Below, piece after piece: positions 1 through 19,654 of a stretch of 64,000 bases of DNA. The notes beneath the pieces are model-generated. The model ran no database searches. It was not told the origin of the DNA and saw only the letters and a program-made list of their open reading frames with translations. Both the position numbers and the translations under genes were made by a program. The stretch is from contig JAYWIR010000008.1 of the NCBI GenBank assembly GCA_036172245.1, positions 1,426,001 to 1,490,000 on the forward strand. The letters are read 5' to 3'. Every line of letters starts with the position of its first letter. Within the stretch, counting starts at the first letter, position 1. Source of the stretch: Raillietiella orientalis. Lineage: Eukaryota.

Positions 1-8892
<8,892 letters not shown>

Positions 8893-8958
8893 GACTCAAT
8901 TTCAGACTTGTTGTTCACACAAAACAGAAGCTAAGTACTTGTCTGAAAATCTACAAAA

Positions 8959-8968
8959 TTCGCGGGAA
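8959..8968 (-). promoter_or_regulatory. Putative E2F site upstream of MCM3
   Basis: Minus strand reads TTCCCGCGAA ~70 nt upstream of the MCM3 ATG, in otherwise CpG-poor DNA. Close to the E2F consensus TTTSSCGC; MCM genes are established E2F targets. Confidence 0.5.
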
Positions 8969-11214
8969 GCAGATCCATCAGGCATACCATTTCTAAATAA
9001 CTATTTTCTGTTTGCAAATTTCATTGAATATTAAGGTGCCTCATTAAAACCGAATATCCTAATGATATTATCGAATTTTCAATCATCCTTGCCATTATTT
9101 ACTTTTATTTCCATATTTTTATTCTAATATTTTAACACCAAATGCTCGGTACATACATATGAAGAGGTATTTATAAATTAAAATGGTGGCTTCAAAAAAG
9201 CACAATATTAATGGTTGTCATAATAAATGTGGACATATCCTCGAAAATAATTTATCATTTTCCATGCATTATTTTCTTCGCATTCATTTTTTTTGCTATT
9301 AGAATTTTATTAATGTAGAAATAACTTAAGTTTGACTTGATATACTTATATCATACCAATGATAATGCATTTACGATTTTCGTATATTTAGCATGAAATT
9401 TGTAAACGAATTTATAGTTATGCTTAAAGGACAAAAATATGTTTATTTCATATGCATCCAAAAGGCTCTTCAGTTATAAAAATGGATTCAAATTCATTTG
9501 CTTAAAGCAATTGCCCTGAGTTCTGAAATTGAAGAACTCAGTTTTCATTTACAGTACTTTCTTTAATTCATTCTTACTTTTCAAGCATTTAACCGTTCAG
9601 CATGGCACTGATGCTTAGCTTATTATGATTTTAACTTTAGTGATTCCTACAGTACCACTATTCAAAAGTTTGCTAAAAAATCTAAAAAATTCCATGATAT
9701 ATTAGTTGAGTATTAACTTCAGAAAGTGTTTAGCACATTAGTTAGTCTACAAAGTTAAGGGGCTACTACTTTTTAACGCTAATGAAACTAATAGTTTACA
9801 ATACGATCATTTCACAAACTAAATTCTTCCTACGCTGTTTAACATCAGAATGATTTCTGTCAAATTATTATTCAGGCAGTATAGAGGAAACAACATTTAA
9901 ATCGAAAACAGAATATGGGACCTGTAATCTTCAAATTAAAAAGCTTATTAGAACATCTCTTACAACTGATTTGTACTTCTGAACTGTAACTCGTGCTACT
10001 TTAATCGTTTTTCTAGGTAGGTATCTGTTTTCAAAGATTTTGATCTTCTGCAATAGTGTTACAGGGCGTCGTTTACTAATTCGAGAAAATCCGAAAGGTA
10101 GTTATGACTTGTTCTTTTCAGTTCCATAACTAATATTGCATTGGACTTTATAATTGCCACATTGCTGCTTATTAACATTGTTCAGCATACTATCAGTTTA
10201 ACTCATCATGGGGAAACTTTTTGTCATACTGGGCCACATATCCATTCGACAAGTGTGTCGTGCATAAAAGTTCACATTGACGAATTGCGGTTTCGTAAGT
10301 CTGAAATGCAAATGACAAAATTTGCGTAAATGTGATAGCTGATTTCTCTCCATCTTTTCTTCCTGCTTTTTGGCTTTTACGTCACATAAGTGCCCTTCAA
10401 TTTCGACGACTCTTCGATTAAGACTCGCCGTCGCCTTACCCGAGTTGTCAGCAGTGGCGATGGAGACGGTCTCCTAGCAAAACGAAGTTGCCTTGGCTAG
10501 GTGACGACGGCATTCGTGAGACGGAGCAATCGCAGAGGGAAAGCAGCATCACTCACAGCCCGAGGAAAATCAAAGTCTCATCTGCGATTTCCGAGACGGA
10601 CCGCACTCCCGAGCGTATTTATGAAATTCCGTCGTGCCCGACGTGTGTTTTCCGTGGACGAGTAAACCCAAACAGATTGCTGACGTCTCCGTGCGAAACA
10701 TTCCTCCTCCGCTTGTAGATGGGGAAACACTTGGCAAAACACGATAAAAGGAAAACGAATTCGCATTCATGTCTTTCGCTGCGTTTGCGGCTTCGGTCCC
10801 TGCAATGTGGATGCCCAATAAAAAGCGAACCGAACGCAATGTTAGGAAACGCGAACTCTCGCTAATTGATCGCTTATTCTTCGCCACGGTGGCTGATTGA
10901 CGGTGATCTTTGCGAGATCCGAGTATGTGCTCGTCTTGTGCAGGCTCGTTCCGATTCTGCCGGACCAGCAACGACGGGTCGATCGTTAAGATCTCATCTC
11001 CGGGAGAGCTCCCTTCCATCACCTCGAATCGGAATTCGCTGAAAGAGCCGCGCGCCGGATGAGAAATATTCATCTCTTTGAATTCCTTACTAAAGCTACG
11101 CATTTAGCAAGGCATTATTTACACAGGTTTAAGACAATAGATCTGAAATTCCGAAACGAAAACAGCTGACTAAACTAAGCACAAGAAGTCGTGAACGATG
11201 CTTTGCAGGTGTCG

Positions 11215-11287
11215 TTGAACTCAGCTTTCCTTAGAAGTAACCTTCCGTGTCTTTGAACTCAACTTTCCCCAGAAGTAACTTTCTGTG
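11215..11287. repeat. Tandem duplication, 38-bp period, ~2 copies
   Basis: ttgaactcagctttccttagaagtaaccttccgtg / ttgaactcaactttccccagaagtaactttctgtg. Confidence 0.8.
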
Positions 11288-13399
11288 CAATGGCGAACCC
11301 CTTTATCTCAACGGAAGAAAAGGCTAATTTGCGATTTTCGAAAACTCCTCCGGGTCGCTAGGAAAAAAAAAAAAAAAAAGGACGCGATGGCTCCATGAAG
11401 CTGTAGGGTTGCCGGCTTCCCATGGCCAACCAAAACCTGATTACTTTATCCACCAGGGGACTGCTGTTCTAGCTCCCCATTTTGTTGAAATGGGTCTCGC
11501 CACACTGGAAAGAAGTTACCCTGACTTCATCAACTTCCCTGCATACATTTCGTTTCAGTGAATCACCATCATCCAACTGATATGTGGACATGGGGTACGA
11601 TGGTGGCAGTTTTTTTATGCAAAATTATCTGCAACTCTTTCGATTAACTCATAAAATCTCATCTCTGTGGGTCATTACGTGCTTAGGGCAGCAAAAGAAT
11701 CACTGCATTTTAGGAAGTTTTCCAAGGACCTTCATTTCCGTAGCCGCGACGGACATGCATTCCTGCTTTCTGAAGACTGGTAGCCAATGTATTAAATTTC
11801 CCAATAAGGACGACACTGCTACATTTCCAAGATAGTTTTAATTTTTGCCTAGACAATCCTGCTAAACTCTCTGTACTGGACTGGGGTTTCAGATTGCAAT
11901 CGAGTGTAATAAGACAATGTGGATAAATCCAGCAAATGAAGCCTGCGCGCTGGATTTATTGCTTCGCACTGTTTGTGCATTTTCTTTTGCTACTTATAAG
12001 GGCGTGACCGTGCTTCTCCCTGTGTGACCTTCCCTTCCTCCCTCGACTGCAACTGGCTTCCCAGAGTGAATCTGATACTCTTGTACCTCCACAGTTTTTC
12101 GAGGACTGTTCCTGTCATTCTCCAATCCTTAAATCACCGTTCTATGAACATTACATTTTCTTCCTGCAGTTTCCTCTCTGTGCTCCAATGAGCTGTTGTT
12201 CCGCTAATGATAAATGAATGGAAAAGAGGTGAGACTTTCAGTGAAACTGATGGAATTAGCAAGATGTAAGTGCTAATTAATTGAAATGTTGAAGAACGTA
12301 TATTTGCGTTATATTCAAAGTTGTCACGAACATGGACAATGGAGGAACTTTTTATGTGTATATTATTTTTTCATATGAAGTCAAAATAGTCACAAAGAAC
12401 CTTGATTCGCAAAAAAATAAAAAAAAATAAAAAAAAAAAGAATTCTGCTTACGGAAGAGTAATAAAGAAAACAAACAAGGAAGGCCCTGCGAGATATTTG
12501 TGACAGTGGAGAACAGGTTTTCCTTAGGTGTGTATACCTTCATGACATCAGCTTGAAACAGACACAGTGAGCTTCAAGATCTTCCAAATTGCCTATGCCT
12601 CGCTTCACTGTCAAGAAAACAAAGACAAAAAGAAAAATAGTAGCAGCAGCAACCTCATTCCTGGCCTCAGATCTGCATAATGAGGCATCACTAGAAAAGG
12701 GAAAACTTGTTATCCACAGATGTCGTTCAGAAGCAGTTCACGTATTTGCTTCTTATTCTGCCTCCTCAAACATGCCGTTTGCAACTGGGAAATACTCTTC
12801 AACATAATGCGCTTCCATTTGAAGGAGTTTATAAAGAGCCTGTTTATAGCTAGACATGGCTGTTGAGATGCTGGAATAGGAAATCAAGTTTCAAACGTAG
12901 GTGTAAACTTGAAATGCGCGTAAGATTATGTCTTGCATTTTCCGTGCAAACTTTCATCCGTGCATCTGCACGTCCACTTTCGTGAAAAGGCCTCTTTCCA
13001 AAGCATGGAGGAAAGTTTGAGCCACTGACATCATCCGAGGGAAGAAGAGTTCCTACTTCATCTCCACCTCACTACTCCATCTTCCGTAATCATAGAGGGA
13101 ACACGTATCGCAAGAGTATTCATCTTTCAAAGGACAAAATAGGTCGATGCATAGGAAATTCTCCTCAGGAAATGCAATATCAACCTGCAGCAGGCTTTCC
13201 AAACAGCGTCTTTCCCTTTTGGATCCATAAAACATCGTGGTTATGCTCTGATAAGCCAACATGAAATGAATAGTTCCGCTAATTTCCAAGAACTATGGAT
13301 GGTTTAAGAGGTGATTTGGAGGATTGGTGAATGGAAGGATAAGTTCCAAAAAAGTGTACATCCAGGGAGGACAGAAGTATTTTAAGAAAGATCTACTGC

Positions 13400-16256
13400 T
13401 GAAGATCTGAACACTGTGGACGGTTTAGCAAAGCAAGGCAAACTGCTGTGCAGAAGTCTTCACTGTAACATGCATGACCCATGTCCAGTAGGGATAAAGA
13501 ATCATTCTGCTATTCATTCCCGAGGAGGTTAACAAAGAGGAAGAACGTGTCTTCGTGATCGGAGGATACGAACCCTTTTCGAACAGATGCAATGCACCTT
13601 ACACCAGAAAATGTAGCCACTTCACTGAAGTCCAAAACGTGGCTTTCCAATCAAGGAGCGGTCGCGGCACATCGTGAGCAAACAGGATATAGGAAGAAGT
13701 CTTCACTCTCGACGATTACCTCTCGGGGAAACTCCAGAACGCATGATGAAACAGAGGAAAACCGCTCGGTCTTGGCATAAGCAGATCTGGAATGCCGAAT
13801 CTTTCCAGGAAGTCTTCCGCTGGTACTTTCCGGAAATCCTGGAACTGGAAGGAGATGGACTCGTTCTCTCGGAGAAGGCAGAATGAGGGAGCGTGGTCAG
13901 AAATGCTTGAAGATGAGGTCTTTCAGAAGTCAGGAAGCCTTCTGAGTGCCGAAAGCCATCATTCGTTAATCCTTGGATAGCTCTCGTTTAGTAATAGGTG
14001 CCAGATTGCAGAACAGGGGGATCTTGGAAATGCCTTCAACTGGAAATCATCTGGAAAAGATTCAGCATCGAAGAAGATGACCAGCTGTTCTGGTGCAGCT
14101 CCAGACTCGCGGGGGGGGGGGGGGGAAATGGGACACTGCTTTCGCAGATGCTTCCGGGATGGGGAATAGGGAGTTTTTCTTTTCCCTTACTGCTCACTGA
14201 TGCGAGCTTCCCACCTCAGATCACGAAGAGCGTAAAGCCATCTCATCTTCAGATTCTAAAGAATTGCAAGATGCAGCGTCAAATCTCCTGCTAACCATCT
14301 GCAACTACGCAAAACGAAACAGCAAGCTCCTCTCAATCTTGGAAAGTGATGTGCGAAAGTGAACATAGATAATCACTGACGCATTTTAAAAGCGATCAAT
14401 GGTAATTTTTTTTACGTGACATTCCTCAAACTCCCTGATGGCTGCAATCCCCATTCTATCCGAGGGGTATCTGGCCACAGACAGTGCCTGAGGCACTTGC
14501 ATCCTCCATGCTTCCGAAAAACAACTATCCGTCCTAAATCCAAGCTTTTACTCAGCACGCAAAGACGCTTGTCGGCAGAGAGTTTCCGTGTTCTGACCTC
14601 GGGACGTGTAAACAGCATGTTTGCCTGGCTTCACATAGGAAGTGAAATCAAAGGAAAAATGGAGAGAAAAAAGAGAGGATAAGTAGCTGCAGAGTCCATC
14701 AAGAAATTCTTGTCAACGGGGCAAGAGGGAATCAGTGGATGGGAAATGCATGGCTTCATTTACGTGGCTGTAACCCATATGAGGGAAAAGCATGGCTGCT
14801 GAGTTTCGAGCATTCAGACACGTCCTGCAGGTGTGAACGGTGAATCCGACCGAGAAGCATCTCCAGAAAACAGCACTTTCCAAGCACATTCCACCCACCC
14901 ATGTCTTGGGTTGCGGAACCCGAAACAAACCTCAGGAGCATCCGAGTTCCCAGTCACTCACCAGGAAAGCGAACCTAGTCAGAAACCGTGGTGTCTTTCG
15001 TCAGCGAAAGGGATATGCAGGTCACTTTGAGAATGGATCGCGACCTACTACGAGGTAACTATGTCGATGTCCTGACCACCACGACTCCCCACTTGGGAAA
15101 AATCATATCTTGCTGAGCAGGGCGTTTCCCTCTGATAGGTGCAGACACAGTTCTCCTCATCAACATGAGGACGGCGTTAAACCAATGGTTTTCTCATTCT
15201 ACTGCGGTTGGTCTCTCCTGGGCTTCATCTCCTCTCAGCCTTTTGGCATCAAAGTGAGCTTCATAAGGCATTTGGCGCTCGCACAGTGGTTTGTCCAGGC
15301 TTGTGGTAGTGACCGTGCCGCTCTGTGCTGGCGGCATCACGTCAGTACGCCGAAGACAGGAAAACAGCCAAGAAGAGGGAGGCCATGCTTCTGGAGAGTG
15401 ACATGGCTTGTCGAACTAACAAGTGGCCTCAGATGAAGGTGGATAGTACAGGGAGGAGGGACACAGCCCGCACAGTGGGAGAAGATTCAGGAATCGAAGG
15501 ACTCTTTTGAAGGACTCACAGTGGGAGTAGAATCCTTCGATCCCTGACTCCTCTCCCACAGTACGGGCTGTGAAATCCCGCGTTTTAGCCCCCTCTCCCC
15601 CCCGTAAATCCCTCTGCTCCTCCAGCCCTGCGTGTTTTTTCACTTTTGTCCACCCCTTTTGTGCATCTGCTCCTCCTCCCTCCTAGAGGAGGCATTTCCC
15701 CGCTTGTTGCACGTTCCGTGGGAGAGCTCGCCTCTTACATGAGTGCTGATTACTTTCCGTGTGTTTACTGAAAGAACGCACAGCTCGGTAATAAGATTCC
15801 GGAAACCCGGCTTCGTGAAGAATGGTTGCACGGGTATTTTCCACATGCCTGACAGCCTGTTGCTTGTTAACTCTGCCGGTCAAAGGACAAGTGCCAAGCA
15901 GGCACAAGTACCGTCTCCTTCTTTTCGGGTATCGAGGCGAGGCACCTGTTTTTTTCGGACAGCTTCGTGCAGAGACCACCGAGAAAGACAGCACCTCCTT
16001 CTGCCGTGGATCAAGAGACTCCCGACATAGTGATGGAAAGGTTTCCTCGAAATTCTGTGAAAGCAAAGGCAAAGTAATCCAAACGTGGTGTTTCCTTCTT
16101 CACGCACGCAACGTCTGTTCTTCTTTGGTGGTAGTAAACGAGCGTCGTCGTGACTGCAGTGACCCAAGAGTAGCCCGAGGCTACCAAAGAGAGCTGCCTA
16201 GTGAAGCAACAAGCAAACTAGTCGAGGAAGCACATGTGAAAGGAGTAATTGATTGA
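13400..16256 (+). mobile_element. Degenerate Ty3/Gypsy pol remnant (integrase recognisable at ~15740-16256)
   Basis: Across a frameshift the translation gives ERTHSSVIRFRKPGFVK/MVARVFSTCLTAC, resembling the integrase zinc-finger segment RFYWPGMxKxVxxYVxxCxxC. This is followed by PSRHKYRLLLFGYRGEAPVFFGQLRAETTEK...RHSDGKVSSKFCESKGK, resembling the rve core (GHKYILVVVDY...IHSDQG..F..FC...GI). RT-like resemblance near 13550-13700 is weaker. Left boundary approximate. Confidence 0.5.
15462..15572. repeat. Inverted repeat, ~40-bp arms with 5 mismatches
   Basis: cacagcccgcacagtgggagaagattcaggaatcgaagga ... tccttcgatccctgactcctctcccacagtacgggctgtg. Confidence 0.85.
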
Positions 16257-16311
16257 AGGAAATCATGAATTCGTAAGCGGGAACTTGCTCTACCCATCAT
16301 GTAGACCGTAG

Positions 16312-16770
16312 GTTCCCCAACTTATTTGGCCTGCAGCCCCTTTTTCGGATAAAAACTTACTCAGCGCCCCCGAAAATGTACCTTCTTTAAGTGAACAAAC
16401 AGGAAGATGTATTGACAAATTTGCGTTATTTTATGTATCTGCATTTCCATCGACTTCCTACAACATAGTCGGAAAGGATGTTCTTGCAAATAAAGCGCGT
16501 TGAAGCCGAAATTATTTATTGGAATCGACCGTGGTAAACATTCGCATTACTCACAGGAAATCGCGATAGCGAAGGACCATATTAAAATAAAAATCATGAA
16601 GAATAACTGTAATGAGAGGGACGAACCTGGTGCTCTACTATCGTCAATTTATTCGTATCCCTGCTCTACATTTGTCAGCTCCCTTCTTAAGTCACCGCCA
16701 TTCGCCATTTGCAGTCGGTTTCCCTTTTTATTTAGCAGATTTGGGATTGCACCGAATCCCACATTCCACT
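16312..16770 (+). mobile_element. Truncated copy of the hAT-type MITE at 28617-29292
   Basis: Aligns to 28621-29079. The central ~380 nt are identical; the first 4 nt of the left TIR and the whole right end are missing. Confidence 0.85.
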
Positions 16771-16791
16771 CAATGTGATGATTTTTCTTGT

Positions 16792-18358
16792 GAGATCGTA
16801 AAGGCACGCACCCACCCGCTAATCTGCTTGTCGTGATGGACGGAAGACGCGCAGGAAATTCCGAGAGGCTTCTTCCATCAAACTTTGGTACAATGTTCTT
16901 CCGTTTCCTTTTCCCGAAACGGATGTTTACCGCGTCTTCGGACACTGCCGTGGCGTGCACACGTGAGAACGGACGTGAAAGAAGTGCGAGCCGGCAGATT
17001 GGAAGCTGCACATTTGGCATTTATTCTGCACGGCGCCCCTTTATCGACATGCAGAGCAGACGGTGTGACTTTGTCGTACTTGGCACCGCCAAAGCTGGGT
17101 GGGTCACCTTCAGGCTGCCATGGAAAGCCCGAGAGCGAGAAGGCACTCAATCTCCGATCAGAAGCTGGTGGCGAGAAAGTTGAGGAAATCATTCCGCAGC
17201 CCGGCCGCCGGTCACCAGTAGTCCGGAAGTGGTCACCGCAAGCGCGGCAGCAGCGCCAACTTTCGTGAAGCGCTGAAGAGGAAAGGACAGGCGGTGGAAT
17301 AGGCGCGTGGAAGGAGCCGTCAAGCCTGGACGACCGCTTTCGTCGTCACCGTACGAACAGGAATTTCGAGGAAACCCATTTGCCCACCTGCGTTGGGACT
17401 TTTGGGGGCCCAACTCTGTTTCTCACGCAGCCTCTGCGCGTGCCATCCGAAAAGCGGATGGCACGGAGGGCTACTGCGCCCCGGCATCCGAGAAGAAACG
17501 GTGGACGTTCCCTCTGCATTTCTACGAGCACTTTCTCGAGAGGTTCTGTATCTTAATCGCTTCTCAGACTCCCGGCTAATATCAGAGTGCAGCTCTTAAT
17601 TGTAGGGAGGATGCCCTCAGGACGATTTTCGAAAAAAGGAGGAACTTTATAATTCTGTTCATCGCATTCAGTGGATGGATGTCGTTCGGGCCAAAAGAAC
17701 CATCGTTGGAATTTTTGCTTGGTTTGTTTTGCCTCTTGCAAACGCAGCACCGAGGAAATTATTTCAGCATTATTTCAGATGCAACCTTCCAATTACTGTT
17801 AAATATCTCGAAGGAGCGAAGATGGAAGTGAAACGCCGAGAAATCCGGAGCTTTCGTCTGGCATCTCGTCTCCGTTGAAGAAAGGCAATCCCATGAGCTG
17901 TTCCTTGCTTCCAAAGGACGTTCATCTTACTGATGTACACAGACTTGCGATGTCTTGGGACGGGGATCTGTACAATCGATCTTTTTTTTGTTTGCTTTTC
18001 AAATTGAATTCACACGTGTTCTTGCGGTGGTATTACGGACGCAGCAAACGCCGAGCTACGGCGGTGCCAAGTAGGACAAAATGACACCGTCTGCTCTGCA
18101 TGTCGATGAAGGGGCGCCGTGCAGAATAAATGCCAAATGTGCAGCTTCCAATCTGCCGGCTCGCACTTCTTTCACGTCCGTTCTCACGTGTGCACGCCAC
18201 GGCAGTGTCCGAAGACGCGGTAAACATCCGTTTCGGGAAAAGGAAACGGAAGAACATTGTACCAAAGTTTGATGGAAGAAGCCTCTCGGAATTTCCTGCG
18301 CGTCTTCCGTCCATCACGACAAGCAGATTAGCGGGTGGGTGCGTGCCTTCACGATCTC
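16792..18358. repeat. Inverted duplication: arms 16792-17089 and 18061-18358, ~970-bp spacer
   Basis: The arms are reverse complements over ~298 bp with 5 substitutions. The ORF track shows the same peptides on opposite strands (e.g. MPNVQLPICRL... at 17020- and 18130+). Confidence 0.93.
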
Positions 18359-18999
18359 GACGGGAAGAATCAGCCCCTGGGCCACGTGACCGCACCAGAT
18401 TTGCATCTTCGGGCGGGACGTGCCGCGTATCACGCGCATTCGTCCCGGAGATGGAACCGCGCATCCGCGGCTGCGCGCGACGAGGGTGAACGCGCGCGTC
18501 TCGGCGAGCATCGCGGAGCTGCGCGCTCGGAGGCTGCGAAGACGCTTGCATCCCTCACGTCTCACGTTTTGCCTGGTGAAAGCCGCACTCGCGAGGAATC
18601 GGAAGGGCAGGCTGCACATCTCATTGGTCTCGAGTAGGGGTCGGAAAGCTTTCCCTGTTTGAAATTCCCGATGAGAAAGATCTTCCTCTTCACGAAGAGC
18701 GAATCGTTTCCCAAATTTAGAGGTTTTTTTTTTTTTTTTTTTTTCCTTCTTTTTTCTTCTTCTTTTTTTTTTTTGCAAGGTTTCCTCGTTCGCACTTCCG
18801 CTTTTGATCGTAGTTCCTTGAAAACGATACCATGAGAGCTACGTGTTTTCATTTGCCGGCGGGGTGAACTCGGCGCAGAGTTGCGATCGGAGAACTTCCG
18901 TAAGCCTTTTCCAAAAAATCGCTTCCTGTGGTGAAGGTCGTTTCCTAGGTGTGTGTATGTGTGTGTGTGTGTCCCCCCCTCCCTCCTGCGTTTTCGTGA

Positions 19000-19279
19000 G
19001 CAAAAGCATTTCGGCGTCTGTGCACGTCGGAGGGCGCGAACATTGCCAACACGCGGCCGCATACCTCTTTGTGCTCCCATGCGGGCGACGCAGGCAGTCG
19101 AAAAACTGTTCCGTGTTCAAAGATGTAACCCGAGAGTGGATGCGTGCCAGTTTCGTAAATGCTGTTGCACGCGGATGTACGTAGGTGGAGGGAACAGTGT
19201 GTTCCTCAGATCTGAAGACGCTGAGATGTCAAGGAACTTGAACGTGATTCTGTAAGTACGAATGGCTCCTTCCTGCGGG

Positions 19280-19315
<36 letters not shown>

Positions 19316-19654
19316 TGTGTGTGTGTTTTTTTGCATGCAGAGAGCGTTTTCCATACGCGGATGCTCTGGATCCGATTGCACTTTTGGGCAGGTCGGCGTT
19401 GAAAGTGAAGATGCCGGCGACGGCAGCTTCCGGATCCGAGGGGGAGCTGATCGTTTCAGTTGTTGAAAACGGACTGGACCGCGAGGTGATGCGCAGCGTT
19501 TTCTGGCCGATGACCAGAGCAGCGCGAGCAGCAGCAGTACGCGATGTCGACAGCAGGAAGAACGAGTTCTTGCTTCCAGTAGGTTCGGGGCAGAGCCCCC
19601 CCCCCCCCGTGCTGGCCTGAAAAGTGGGCTCGTAAGGATTGCGTTCCGAGATGA
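19000..19654 (+). CDS. Candidate spliced exons of an unidentified gene or pseudogene
   Basis: Exon 19210-19252 (cctcag| ... |gtaagt) joins in frame to exon 19341-19578 (ttttttgcatgcag| ... |gtaggt), and possibly to 19625-19654 (stop). Peptide: SEDAEMSRNLNVILERFPYADALDPIALLGRSALKVKMP...NEFLLPWARKDCVPR*. No start codon resolved and no family recognised. Confidence 0.3.
19279..19326. repeat. (GTGC)n/(GT)n microsatellite
   Basis: gtgcgtgcgtgc... followed by gtgtgtgt. Confidence 0.9.

Noticed and set aside
10570..11103. 177-aa ORF in a CpG-rich patch
   Set aside because: No convincing family motif; probably a decayed mobile element.
16500..16778. Repeated ORF MKPKLFIGIDRGKHSH (also at 28810)
   Set aside because: Starts at TTG inside the MITE; the identity reflects the DNA repeat, and there are no transposase motifs.
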